This document shows positions 18,944-28,477 of a stretch of 64,000 bases of DNA, in pieces. The stretch is from an uncultured Pelagibacteraceae bacterium (GTDB taxonomy: Bacteria > Pseudomonadota > Alphaproteobacteria > Pelagibacterales > Pelagibacteraceae). The DNA is taken from NCBI GenBank assembly GCA_902535625.1, contig CACAUA010000001.1, positions 2,517 to 66,516 on the forward strand. Direction: 5' to 3'. Positions within the stretch are counted from its first letter, which is position 1; every line of letters begins with the position of its first letter. The notes beneath the pieces are model-generated. The model worked only from the letters and a program-made list of their open reading frames with translations, did not search any database and was not told the origin of the DNA. The translations under genes were made by a program, and so were the position numbers.

Positions 18944-20479
18944 TTATTGCTTATTATCTTCCATTGCTACACCAACAGCATAGGCTTTTCTTACGTTATC
19001 TTTTCCTACTCTGTTAAGTATATCTTCCCACTGTTTAGCAGCTTCGTCTAAAGCAGCTTGTGGAGATAATTGACCAGCTAATGCTTTTGCAGCAGCAGTA
19101 GCCAATGCAGCATTAAACTCAAAAGTTCCAGGAACTCTTAATGGAAATACTCTATTTTTACTTTGTTCCATTTGTGCAAGAGTATCAACATATGATTGAG
19201 CAATATCTTTATCCCAACCAATTTGTGTCCATACATCAACTTTAAAGTCGTCATTTCTAAATGGGTTTACACCAAATCTACCAATTCCAATGTCCGCTTG
19301 GTGGTTAGCTTCGTTAGCAAAGAAACATAGATAATCGAAAGCCATTTCTTTCTCTTTACTTTTCTTAGCTACTCCAACTGCCCATCCCCATACGAAGAAA
19401 GGAGCTTGGTTAAAGCCTTCATCCCAAGAGTTAGTTTTTCTGTTCCAAACTTTCATTGCTCCTGGTAACTGTGCAGCACCAACTTTATTGTTTATTGGAC
19501 TATCTGGTTGCATAGCAGCAACAAATGCATCATCCCATGAAAAACTAAACAAAGTTTGTCCTCCACCAAATGATCCAATTTCATCACCTAAACCAAAATT
19601 TATTCCTCCTGGTGGAACATATTTGGTTGCTGCAACCCAATCTGTTAATGCTTCAACAAAACCTGGATTGTTAATTAGTGGTTTCATAGTTTCTAAATCA
19701 AAGAAAAAACCACCTGGTGTTTTTGGATTTTTAGAGTAAGCAGCAGATCTTGAATAGAAAGCAGCATACATCAGGTCATCTTTTTTCATAACTTCTGCTG
19801 ATCCATATTCTTTCTCACCATCACCATCCCAATCCCATCCATTGAAATAAGCGGCCATTTCTCCATATTCTTTCCAAGTTGTTGGTACCTTTAACTCTTT
19901 ACCAGTAGCTTCCTTATATTGTTTTTGGTACTCAGGATTATCAATTACATCTTTTCTATATTTTAGATAATGTCTGTCTCCATCAACCGGAAACTGATAC
20001 ATAACACCATCCCAAGATGCTACACCAATGTGAGATGGGGTAACGTCTTTCATTTGTTTCATCTCGACGTATTTCTTTGGAACTGGCTCTAAGTATCTTC
20101 TCCAATCGTTAATGAAGTTTGAAAATCCAAAAACGATGTCATATGGAGCTTGTCCAGCTTGAAATGGTACCATTGCTTTCGCATATAAGTCACCTGCTGG
20201 TGTATGAGTAACATCAACTTTTGCTCCAGTAAGTTTAGCGAACTGCTCAGCATGTAGAGCTGTTGGCTCTCCCATGACTGGTACAGCATGTGTATTAATC
20301 TTAAGCGTCTTGCCTTTATAGTTTTTCTTAGACATAGACTCGTAAGAACAATCACCAGGAATATCCCCAGTTGCTTTGATATGTGGAAACTGATCACTCC
20401 ACTTATCAGCATACGCAACAGGACTAAATACCAACAAAGCTGATATTAGAGCGGTTACGCAAGTTTTTATTGTCTTCAT
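18944..20479 (-). CDS. Carbohydrate/polyol ABC substrate-binding protein
   Basis: Sec signal (AYA-D), FPVDGD, PTTW, position upstream of permeases; RBS GAGAGGA. Confidence 0.9.
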   Translation of the reverse strand: MKTIKTCVTALISALLVFSPVAYADKWSDQFPHIKATGDIPGDCSYESMSKKNYKGKTLKINTHAVPVMGEPTALHAEQFAKLTGAKVDVTHTPAGDLYAKAMVPFQAGQAPYDIVFGFSNFINDWRRYLEPVPKKYVEMKQMKDVTPSHIGVASWDGVMYQFPVDGDRHYLKYRKDVIDNPEYQKQYKEATGKELKVPTTWKEYGEMAAYFNGWDWDGDGEKEYGSAEVMKKDDLMYAAFYSRSAAYSKNPKTPGGFFFDLETMKPLINNPGFVEALTDWVAATKYVPPGGINFGLGDEIGSFGGGQTLFSFSWDDAFVAAMQPDSPINNKVGAAQLPGAMKVWNRKTNSWDEGFNQAPFFVWGWAVGVAKKSKEKEMAFDYLCFFANEANHQADIGIGRFGVNPFRNDDFKVDVWTQIGWDKDIAQSYVDTLAQMEQSKNRVFPLRVPGTFEFNAALATAAAKALAGQLSPQAALDEAAKQWEDILNRVGKDNVRKAYAVGVAMEDNKQ

Positions 20480-20503
20480 CTTTTTTCCTCTCTTTGTTGT
20501 TAA

Positions 20504-21565
20504 TTATGGAACTAACACTGCACGACCTTTAATCTTACCATCATTTAAATCATGTAGTGCTTTATTAGCTTCTTCAAGTTTGTATTCTTTCATTGAAAGT
20601 TTTACTAAACCTTTATCTGCTAGTTCCATTAATTCATATAATTCAGCCCATGTACCTACTAAGCTTCCAACTATACTTTTTTCTTGATCGATCATATCAA
20701 TCGCCAAAACTCTTATTTCTTCTCCGTAACCTACAATATAGAAAGTCCCAGTTGCTTTGGTCATTTTAATTCCCATTGGCGTAGAACCTTTTTCACCAAC
20801 AAAATCTATAACAGCCTCCGCACCTTTTCCTTTTGTAAGTTCTTTTACTTTTTCAATTTCATTACCATCTATTAAAACCCCATGGTCAGCTCCTAGTTCC
20901 ATTGCATGTTCTAAAGGTGCTTTTGCTTTTTCAACAACAATAATATTTGCAGCACACATTGCTTTCATACATTGAATTGCTATATGTCCTAATCCACCAG
21001 CACCTATGATTACACAATTTTCACCTGGCAGAAGGTGTCTAGTAGCTTTTTTTACAACTCTGTAAGCAGTTAAACCTGCGTCTGAAAATGGCGCAACGTC
21101 TATTGGACCTAAAACTTTTGGAATTTTTATTAGATTTCTTACGCTAGTTTGAAGTAATTCTGAATATCCCCCGTGTTTTACATTCAAACCTGCAAAAATT
21201 GGATCTTCAGCATGCATATCGTTTCCTCTTCTACAATCTAAGCATGTTCCTCCTGTGCCAGAAACTTTAGGGTGTAAAATTACTGCATCACCTTTTTTAA
21301 ATCCCGTAACATCTTTACCAACTTCCTCTATCCATCCAGCGTTCTCATGTCCCATTACCATCGGCAACAGGTCGTTATTTTGATCTGTAATGTGCTTCCA
21401 AACTCCTTCGATTATATGCAAATCAGTTCTACAAACACCTGCAGCTCCAATTTTAACAATGACATCACTTGCTTTCTCAATTTTAGGATTTGGTAACTCT
21501 TCACCTGTGACCCAAACATCCGCTTTCATTTCTGGGTCGTACTTATGTAAAACCTGTGCTTTCAT
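20504..21565 (-). CDS. Zn-dependent NAD(P) alcohol dehydrogenase (MDR family)
   Basis: GVCRTDLH, GHE, GAGGLG, GRAVLVP. Confidence 0.92.
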   Translation of the reverse strand: MKAQVLHKYDPEMKADVWVTGEELPNPKIEKASDVIVKIGAAGVCRTDLHIIEGVWKHITDQNNDLLPMVMGHENAGWIEEVGKDVTGFKKGDAVILHPKVSGTGGTCLDCRRGNDMHAEDPIFAGLNVKHGGYSELLQTSVRNLIKIPKVLGPIDVAPFSDAGLTAYRVVKKATRHLLPGENCVIIGAGGLGHIAIQCMKAMCAANIIVVEKAKAPLEHAMELGADHGVLIDGNEIEKVKELTKGKGAEAVIDFVGEKGSTPMGIKMTKATGTFYIVGYGEEIRVLAIDMIDQEKSIVGSLVGTWAELYELMELADKGLVKLSMKEYKLEEANKALHDLNDGKIKGRAVLVP

Positions 21566-21599
21566 TATTTTCCTCTCTAAATTTATTTTTTATAAATAA

Positions 21600-21628
21600 A
21601 TTTTAAATTGAAATAAAAAATATGTCTA
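21600..21628 (-). promoter_or_regulatory. Putative sigma70 promoter of ADH-ABC operon
   Basis: TAGACA-17 nt-TAAAAT on the minus strand. Confidence 0.55.
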
Positions 21629-21653
21629 GAAAGTTAGAATAATTTTAATTACC

Positions 21654-21672
21654 AATTACAACTTGAGATTGT
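21654..21672. promoter_or_regulatory. Second copy of operator-like motif
   Basis: AATTACAA-CTTGA-GATTGT, same 89-nt offset from the start codon as the dctP site. Confidence 0.5.
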
Positions 21673-22625
21673 TAATTAACTTTGTTTTTGCATCCGCCTG
21701 TTTTAAAAAACTCATCAATATTATCTATAGCTAGATTAGCCATTGCGGTTCTAGTTTCTTTAGTTGCGCTACCCAAATGAGGAAGAATAAAAGCACTTTT
21801 GTGTTTAAGATATCCTGGATTTAAATTTGGTTCATTTTTGTATACATCTAGCCCAACTGCATAAACTTTTCTTCTTTCCAAAGCATCTATTAAAGCTTCA
21901 TCTTCAATAATATCTCCTCTTGCAACATTGGTCACGACTGCACCTTTTGGTAATAATTCTAGTGTATCTTTATTTATTAAATTAATTGTCTCTTTAGATG
22001 CAGGACAACATACTGAAAGAACATCAGAAACTTTCATCAAATCATTTAAGCTGTCGTGGTAGGTTGCACCTTGTTCTTTTTCTTCGCTTAATTTTGAACG
22101 ATTGTGATAATGAATTATCATACCTAAAGATTTAGCTATTTTTGCTATTTTTTGACCAATTCTACCCATTCCAAGTATTCCAAGTCTTGTGCCTGTTAAT
22201 TGTTTTCCAATCAACATATCTGCTGACCAAACCCAGCCACCTTCTCTAGCTTTTTCAATTCCTTCAGATGCTCTTCTGCATGCACCTAATATCAACAAAA
22301 CCCCAATTTCAGCAGTGGCATCAGTTAAAACATCTGGCGTGTTTGTAACTGCGATCCCTCTTTTCTTTGCGGCTTCTAAATCTATATTTCCAAAACCTAC
22401 AGCAAAATTTGATATAATTTTAACACTATCAGGTAATTGATTGATTGTTTCTGCATCAAGCTTATCTGTTAGAGCTGATAAAATACCATCACAGCCCGCG
22501 CTCATCTCTATTAGCTTCTTTTGAGAGTAGAGTTCATCATTTAAATTAAAATTAGCATCAAATAATTCTTTAGCTTTATCCTCACAAGATCTTAAAAGCC
22601 TTCTCGTGATTAAAATTTTTTTCAT
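21672..22625 (-). CDS. D-2-hydroxyacid dehydrogenase (glyoxylate/hydroxypyruvate reductase-like)
   Basis: NTPDVLTDATAE, GMGRIG, NVARG, LDVY.NEP, PHLGSAT. Confidence 0.9.
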   Translation of the reverse strand: MKKILITRRLLRSCEDKAKELFDANFNLNDELYSQKKLIEMSAGCDGILSALTDKLDAETINQLPDSVKIISNFAVGFGNIDLEAAKKRGIAVTNTPDVLTDATAEIGVLLILGACRRASEGIEKAREGGWVWSADMLIGKQLTGTRLGILGMGRIGQKIAKIAKSLGMIIHYHNRSKLSEEKEQGATYHDSLNDLMKVSDVLSVCCPASKETINLINKDTLELLPKGAVVTNVARGDIIEDEALIDALERRKVYAVGLDVYKNEPNLNPGYLKHKSAFILPHLGSATKETRTAMANLAIDNIDEFFKTGGCKNKVN

Positions 22626-22636
22626 TTTGTTTTGGA

Positions 22637-24010
22637 TTAATTTATATCAAAAACCTTACCAGGATTCATGATATTGTTTACATCAATACTTCTTTTAATA
22701 GCTTTCATCACTGGCAAATTATCTGGATGCTCTCTTAACAGGTAATGTTTCTTTTGAAGACCAATTCCATGTTCTCCTGTAATTGTTCCCTCTAACTCTA
22801 AAGCTTTGTTAATTAGATCATCACTGTACTGTCTAATTTTTTTTTGTTTTTCCTCATCATCAGGATCATACAATATTATAGAGTGAAAATTTCCATCTCC
22901 AACATGACCAACCATTGGTGCAGTTAGACCTAACTTTTTAACTTCTTTTTCTGCCCATGAAATACACTCAACTAACTTTGAAATTGGTACGCAAACATCT
23001 GTGGAATACACTTTCATATCATGACCTAAAGCTTTTACTGAATAATAAACATCATGCCTTGCTTTCCATAGTATTTTTTGTTCTTCGGGAGAAGATGCCC
23101 ATTGAAAATCACTTCCACCATTATTTTTTGATAATTCTTCTACAATTTTTATAGACTCGTTATTTGTTAGCTCACTACCATGGAATTCAAAGAATAAAGT
23201 TGGTGATGCTTTGATGTTTTCTAACTTTGAATATTTGATGCTAATTTCCATTTGATCTTTGTTTAACATTTCAATTCTTGCAATTGGAACACCATACTGA
23301 ATAACTTCTTGCGCAGTCTTTACTGCTGAGTCTAAATCTGGAAAATAGCAAACTGCACTCATTATGCTCTCAGGTATTGGTGATAATCTTAATTGAACTT
23401 CTGTAATAATTCCTAAAGTTCCCTCAGATCCAATAAACAAATTAGTTAAGTTATATCCCGCAGAAGTTTTTTTAGTTCTTGCACCGGTTTTAATTATGTC
23501 TCCATTTGGTAAAACAACTGTTAAACCAGAAATAACGGTTCTCATTGTTCCATATTTAACTGCCATTGTTCCTGAAGCTGAAGTAGATGCCATTCCACCG
23601 AGTGCAGCATCCGCACCAGGATCTATTGGAAAAAATACTCCATCTTCTCTTAAATATTCATTTAATTGCTTTCTTGTTACATTTGCTTGCACTCTGCAGT
23701 CAAAATCCTCAGCATTTACACTTAAAACTTTATTCATTTTTTCTAGAGAAATCGTAATACCATTTTGATTTCCAACAACATGGCCTTCAAGAGATGTGCC
23801 GGTTCCAAATGGAACCACTGGAATTTTATGCTCGTTACAAATTTTTAGAATTTTTGAAACTTCTTCATTAGTTTCTGGAAATACAACTGCCTTCGATAAT
23901 ATTGGGTTATAGGTATCTTCCCCTCTTGCATAATTTGCACGAGTAGACTCCGAGGTAGAAAATCTTCCATTAAATATCTTTTTTAATTCTGCTTGGACAG
24001 TTTCGTTCAT
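22637..24010 (-). CDS. FAD-linked oxidase (D-lactate dehydrogenase/GlcD-like)
   Basis: PFGTGTSLEGH, GSEGTLG, GHVGDGNFH, GEHGIG, MNPGK. Confidence 0.9.
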   Translation of the reverse strand: MNETVQAELKKIFNGRFSTSESTRANYARGEDTYNPILSKAVVFPETNEEVSKILKICNEHKIPVVPFGTGTSLEGHVVGNQNGITISLEKMNKVLSVNAEDFDCRVQANVTRKQLNEYLREDGVFFPIDPGADAALGGMASTSASGTMAVKYGTMRTVISGLTVVLPNGDIIKTGARTKKTSAGYNLTNLFIGSEGTLGIITEVQLRLSPIPESIMSAVCYFPDLDSAVKTAQEVIQYGVPIARIEMLNKDQMEISIKYSKLENIKASPTLFFEFHGSELTNNESIKIVEELSKNNGGSDFQWASSPEEQKILWKARHDVYYSVKALGHDMKVYSTDVCVPISKLVECISWAEKEVKKLGLTAPMVGHVGDGNFHSIILYDPDDEEKQKKIRQYSDDLINKALELEGTITGEHGIGLQKKHYLLREHPDNLPVMKAIKRSIDVNNIMNPGKVFDIN

Positions 24011-24047
24011 TCTTTAATAATACAAAAATATTAATTAAAAATACAGT

Positions 24048-25217
24048 TTATTTAGAAAGCATCTTGCCTATATTTTCTAAGGCTTGCATTATATTATCTC
24101 TAGATGCGGCAAAACTAAATCTAACGTAATCATTACAAGTTTTACCAAACGCAGTGCCAGGAACAATCGCAACTCCAGCTTCATGCATAGCTTTTTTGCA
24201 AAACTCAGATCCGTTCATGCCAGTCCCTTTTATATTAGGAAAAGCATAAAAAGCTCCTCCCGGCAAACTACACTCAACTCCCGGTAAATCATTTAATCCT
24301 TTATGAATTAAATTTCTTCTTAATGTAAATTTATCTAACATATCTTTAATTGAGTCTTCAGGACCATCTAATGCAGCTATACCAGCATATTGAGCTGCTG
24401 CGTTTACACATGATACACTATTAATCAAAAGTTTGTTTACATGTTCAACCAAATGCTCTGGCCAGTAGCTCCAACCAAGTCTCCATCCAGTCATAGAATA
24501 TGCTTTACTCCAACCCTCAAGAACAATTAATCTGTCTCTTAAATTAGGATAGTTAAAGAAAGTTGGCATTTCCTTATAATCAAAAATTTGTCTACTATAA
24601 ATTTCATCACTTAAAATTGTGACCTGCGGATGTTTTTCTAATTCTTTTGCTAAGTAATCAATTGCAGGCTTTTCAACAAAACTTCCAGTTGGGTTATTTG
24701 GATTAATCAAGATTAAAAGTCTAGTTTTGTCAGTTATTAAAGATAGAATTTTGTCTGGGTCAAATTTTAAATCTTTATCCTCAGTTAAGTCGTATGGCAC
24801 AGCTTTTGCTCCAGAGTAGTTAATCATTGATTCATAGATTGGAAAAGCTGGAGTAGGATGAATTATCTCAACACCTGGTTCACCATAACAAGTAATTGCA
24901 TAATACATTGTAGGTTTACCACCTGGCATTATTAAAACTCTATTTGGATCAATATCAGCTTTATAAAGTCTCTTGACCCATCTCGCAACAGCTTCTCGAC
25001 ATTCTGGAATTCCATTTGATAAAACATAACCATGATGACCATCATCTAGAGCTTTTTTTGCAGCTTCAACTACATGTTTTGGAGTTTTAAAGTCAGGTTG
25101 TCCTAGACCTAAATGAATCATAGGTTTGCCTTGTGCTTCTAATTTTTTTGCTTCTGCTAAAACAGAAAATGCACTTTCAGTTCCTAAACGATTTAATGCT
25201 TTTGCTAATTCAATCAT
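24048..25217 (-). CDS. PLP class I aminotransferase (AspC-like)
   Basis: GQPDF, NPNNPTG, SDEIY, SKAYSMTGWRLG. Confidence 0.92.
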   Translation of the reverse strand: MIELAKALNRLGTESAFSVLAEAKKLEAQGKPMIHLGLGQPDFKTPKHVVEAAKKALDDGHHGYVLSNGIPECREAVARWVKRLYKADIDPNRVLIMPGGKPTMYYAITCYGEPGVEIIHPTPAFPIYESMINYSGAKAVPYDLTEDKDLKFDPDKILSLITDKTRLLILINPNNPTGSFVEKPAIDYLAKELEKHPQVTILSDEIYSRQIFDYKEMPTFFNYPNLRDRLIVLEGWSKAYSMTGWRLGWSYWPEHLVEHVNKLLINSVSCVNAAAQYAGIAALDGPEDSIKDMLDKFTLRRNLIHKGLNDLPGVECSLPGGAFYAFPNIKGTGMNGSEFCKKAMHEAGVAIVPGTAFGKTCNDYVRFSFAASRDNIMQALENIGKMLSK

Positions 25218-25231
25218 AATTTTTCGTCGAC

Positions 25232-25260
25232 AAACTAACTGAAAAGCAACTTCATGTCTA
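25232..25260 (-). promoter_or_regulatory. Putative sigma70 promoter of aminotransferase operon
   Basis: TAGACA-17 nt-TAGTTT on the minus strand; same -35 hexamer as at 21623-21628. Confidence 0.45.
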
Positions 25261-25306
25261 TTTATTTAAAGTGAAAATAATAATAAAAATTATTTATAAA
25301 AAATAT

Positions 25307-26458
25307 TTAATTTCGGTAAATTATCTTTGATCTATCTAACTCTTTTACACTTTTGCAGCCCATAAGGATCATATTTCTTCTAATTTCATCGTGCATATTT
25401 TGAAGCAGCCTCTCTACTCCTTGCTGTCCACCCGCTCCTAAACTGAACAAAAAAGCTTTACCAAAACTACAAGCAGTTGCACCTGCAGCTAAAGCCTTGA
25501 GAACATGAGTTCCCCGTCTAACACCTCCATCTAAAATTATCTCAAGTTTATCACCCACAGCATCTGAAATAGCCTTTAGTTGATCAAAAGGAGTTCTAGA
25601 TCCGTCAAGTTGTCTACCTCCATGATTTGATATTATTATTGCTGTACAACCAATATCAACTGCTCTCTTTGCATCCTCTACAGACATCACACCCTTTAAT
25701 GCAAAAGGTCCGTCCCATTTTTTTATACAGTATTCTGCATCTTCCCAATTCATTTGTGGATCGTACTGTTCATTAACATAGTCTATTACGGATTTTGTAA
25801 TGTTAGTTCCCTTGTCAGTTTTGTGTTTAATATTTGCAAGTTCAAATTTCTTATTCGTAAAATATCTGAATAACCATCCTGGTCTCATTGCGAAATTCAT
25901 TATACTTTCTAATGTGAATTTAGGAGGAGTTGTAAAACCAGTTTTGTGATCTCTTTCTCTATTTCCTGCAACCAAAGTATCAACTGTTAAGCATAATCCG
26001 TCAAAGTTTGCTCTTTTACACCTATCAATCAAATCATCAGTAAATGATTTATCTTTATGGATATAAAGTTGAAATAATTTTGGTCCACTTGATATGTTAG
26101 CAATTTCTTCAATCGAAAATGATGCCATTGTCGACATGCTATACATTGTACCAAATTTTTCTGCAGCTCTAGCTGAAGCTTTATCTCCATCAGGATGATA
26201 TAAACTTTGCATAGCAGTAGGTGATAAAAAAATTGGCATATCTATTTTTCTACCAAAAACTGTGGTTGATAAATCTGGTTCTCCTACGCTTCTAAGAATA
26301 TTAGGGATTAAGTCACAATCATCAAATGAATTTGTATTTCTTTTTAAAGTGGTTTCATCATCTGCACCACCATCAATGTAATGAAAAATTGGAGCTGGAA
26401 GTTTTTTTTTGGCTAACTTTCTAAAATCTTCAAAATTATAACAATTCTTTAAGCTCAT
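25307..26458 (-). CDS. FMN alpha-hydroxy-acid oxidase/dehydrogenase (LldD/glycolate oxidase family), paralogue 2
   Basis: FHYIDGGA, LTVD, GNRERD, LKG, SNHGGRQLD, DGGVRRG. Confidence 0.92.
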   Translation of the reverse strand: MSLKNCYNFEDFRKLAKKKLPAPIFHYIDGGADDETTLKRNTNSFDDCDLIPNILRSVGEPDLSTTVFGRKIDMPIFLSPTAMQSLYHPDGDKASARAAEKFGTMYSMSTMASFSIEEIANISSGPKLFQLYIHKDKSFTDDLIDRCKRANFDGLCLTVDTLVAGNRERDHKTGFTTPPKFTLESIMNFAMRPGWLFRYFTNKKFELANIKHKTDKGTNITKSVIDYVNEQYDPQMNWEDAEYCIKKWDGPFALKGVMSVEDAKRAVDIGCTAIIISNHGGRQLDGSRTPFDQLKAISDAVGDKLEIILDGGVRRGTHVLKALAAGATACSFGKAFLFSLGAGGQQGVERLLQNMHDEIRRNMILMGCKSVKELDRSKIIYRN

Positions 26459-27609
26459 GCATTTCGGAATCTTAAATTATTTCGATTAAGATCACTGATC
26501 TTTGTGCAGCCCATTAATTTCATGTCTCTTACTAGTTCAGTTTTATATAAGTTAAGTGCTCTCTCAACACCTTCTTGACCTGCTGCAGCTAAAGCATAAA
26601 GATATAATCTTCCACCAGCACATGCTTTTGCACCCATAGATAAAGCTTTTAACATATGAGTTCCTCTTTGAAATCCACCTTCGCAAATAACATCTAACTT
26701 ATCACCAACTGCGTCAACAATTTCAGCTAATTGATCGAAAGGTGATCTAGATCCATCAAGTTGTCTTCCTCCATGATTTGATACCATTATACCAGTGCAT
26801 CCGATATCAACTGCTCTTTTAGCATCTTCAACACTCATAACTCCCTTAAGCGCGAAATGACCACCCCACTGAGAGCACAATTTTTCAGCGTCGTCCCAGT
26901 TCATAGATTGATCCAACATAGTAGAAAAATAATTACCAATTGAAGTATTTGTGTCAGTACCTTCTTTAACGAAATCTTGAAGATGTGGTAGTTCAAATTT
27001 TCCTTTGGTTAAATAATTTATTCCCCACATTGGTTTTGTGGCAAAACTAAACAAACTCGAAAGTGTTAATTTTGGAGGCGACGTAAATCCAGTTCTTAAA
27101 TCTCTTTCACGATTTCCTCCTGTTATCGTATCAACAGTTAAAGCCATCACATCAAATTTTGCTGCTTTTGCTCGTTCTAAACAAGAGTCATTTAATCCTC
27201 TGTCTTTATGGAAATAAAATTGAAACATTTTTGGAGTGTCTATTAAAGATGAAATTTCCTCAACACTAACTGTAGCTAATGCCGAAACACCAAACATCGT
27301 GTTAAACTTCTTTGCTGCTTTTCCAACTGCTCTTTCTCCTTCGTAATGGAATAGCCTTTGCAGAGCTGTTGGAGAACAATAAAAAGGTAAATCTAGTTTT
27401 TTTCCAAAAATTGTTGTCGACAAATCCACATTTTCAACACCTCTTAAGACATTTGGAACTAAGTCAACGTCATTAAATGCGCTACTATTTCTCGCATAAG
27501 TTATTTCATCATCTGCAGCCCCATCAATATAATGAAATATTGGAGATGGAAGCTTTTGTTTTGCCAGTTTTCTAAAGTCATAAAAGTTATGACAATCTTT
27601 TAATCTCAT
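26455..27609 (-). CDS. FMN alpha-hydroxy-acid oxidase/dehydrogenase, paralogue 1
   Basis: FHYIDGAA, LTVD, GNRERD, SNHGGRQLD, GR. Confidence 0.92.
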   Translation of the reverse strand: MRLKDCHNFYDFRKLAKQKLPSPIFHYIDGAADDEITYARNSSAFNDVDLVPNVLRGVENVDLSTTIFGKKLDLPFYCSPTALQRLFHYEGERAVGKAAKKFNTMFGVSALATVSVEEISSLIDTPKMFQFYFHKDRGLNDSCLERAKAAKFDVMALTVDTITGGNRERDLRTGFTSPPKLTLSSLFSFATKPMWGINYLTKGKFELPHLQDFVKEGTDTNTSIGNYFSTMLDQSMNWDDAEKLCSQWGGHFALKGVMSVEDAKRAVDIGCTGIMVSNHGGRQLDGSRSPFDQLAEIVDAVGDKLDVICEGGFQRGTHMLKALSMGAKACAGGRLYLYALAAAGQEGVERALNLYKTELVRDMKLMGCTKISDLNRNNLRFRNA

Positions 27610-27617
27610 ATCTTAAG

Positions 27618-28103
27618 TTAAAATTTTTTTGTAAAATTAAACATATAACTATTTGCCCCAGGATTTTTATCTCCAAGACTCGCATTAGAAATATGATTAT
27701 AAGAAATACCTAATTCAGAATTGGATGAAATATCAAATAATATCTGTATTTGTGTCTTAAATTCAACTTCATGACCTAAGTCCTTGCCATCTCCTTCGTC
27801 GTAATATCCAATTGCAAAACTAGGGGAAAAGGTAGTTGAATTAGATTTTTGATTTAATTGATAACCTGTATAAATGTAAAATGCATCATCAGCTGTTATC
27901 ATTGCACCTGTTACAGGTTGGACATTTCCTAAAAAAATATCTTTGCTAGCATTAAAATTTATATATTCGGCACCAAATAGATTTGCTCTCTTACCATCAT
28001 CGCTAAAATCGAACATGCCGGTGTAAAAACTCCATTTATTTTCTGCATTAGAAAATGAGATAGTAAGAAATGAAATTATTAAAGATTTAATTAAAACTTT
28101 CAT
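27618..28103 (-). CDS. PagL-like lipid A 3-O-deacylase / acyloxyacyl hydrolase family beta-barrel
   Basis: Signal peptide, GKDLG..EF, HISNASLGDKNPG, terminal Phe. Confidence 0.8.
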   Translation of the reverse strand: MKVLIKSLIISFLTISFSNAENKWSFYTGMFDFSDDGKRANLFGAEYINFNASKDIFLGNVQPVTGAMITADDAFYIYTGYQLNQKSNSTTFSPSFAIGYYDEGDGKDLGHEVEFKTQIQILFDISSNSELGISYNHISNASLGDKNPGANSYMFNFTKKF

Positions 28104-28117
28104 ATTAAAAATTCTTG

Positions 28118-28477
28118 TTACTTTATAGATACTTTTCTAATAATTAAAAGACCGCCAAAAGCAAACAAAATCAAAGGTAATGACCAGAGTAAAAATGTAT
28201 TTTGGTTTAATTCTGGTTCATAGACAATCCATTCTCCATATTTATTTTTTAAATAATCATATATTTCTTGTTCTGCTTTACCTTCATCTATCTTATTTTT
28301 TACAACAAGCTTCATACTTATTGCAAAATCGGACTGAGAGTCATAAACAGATTGACCTTGGCATATCAAACACCTTAGGTTTTTTGTAATTTGATCTACT
28401 TTAGTATTTATTTCATTAGCATAGGAAAAATTAAAACTAAAATATAGCAGTAATATTAATTTTATAATTTTAAGCAT
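28118..28477 (-). CDS. ccmH: Cytochrome c maturation protein CcmH
   Basis: LRCLICQGQS, KYGEWI.YEP. Confidence 0.92.
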   Translation of the reverse strand: MLKIIKLILLLYFSFNFSYANEINTKVDQITKNLRCLICQGQSVYDSQSDFAISMKLVVKNKIDEGKAEQEIYDYLKNKYGEWIVYEPELNQNTFLLWSLPLILFAFGGLLIIRKVSIK

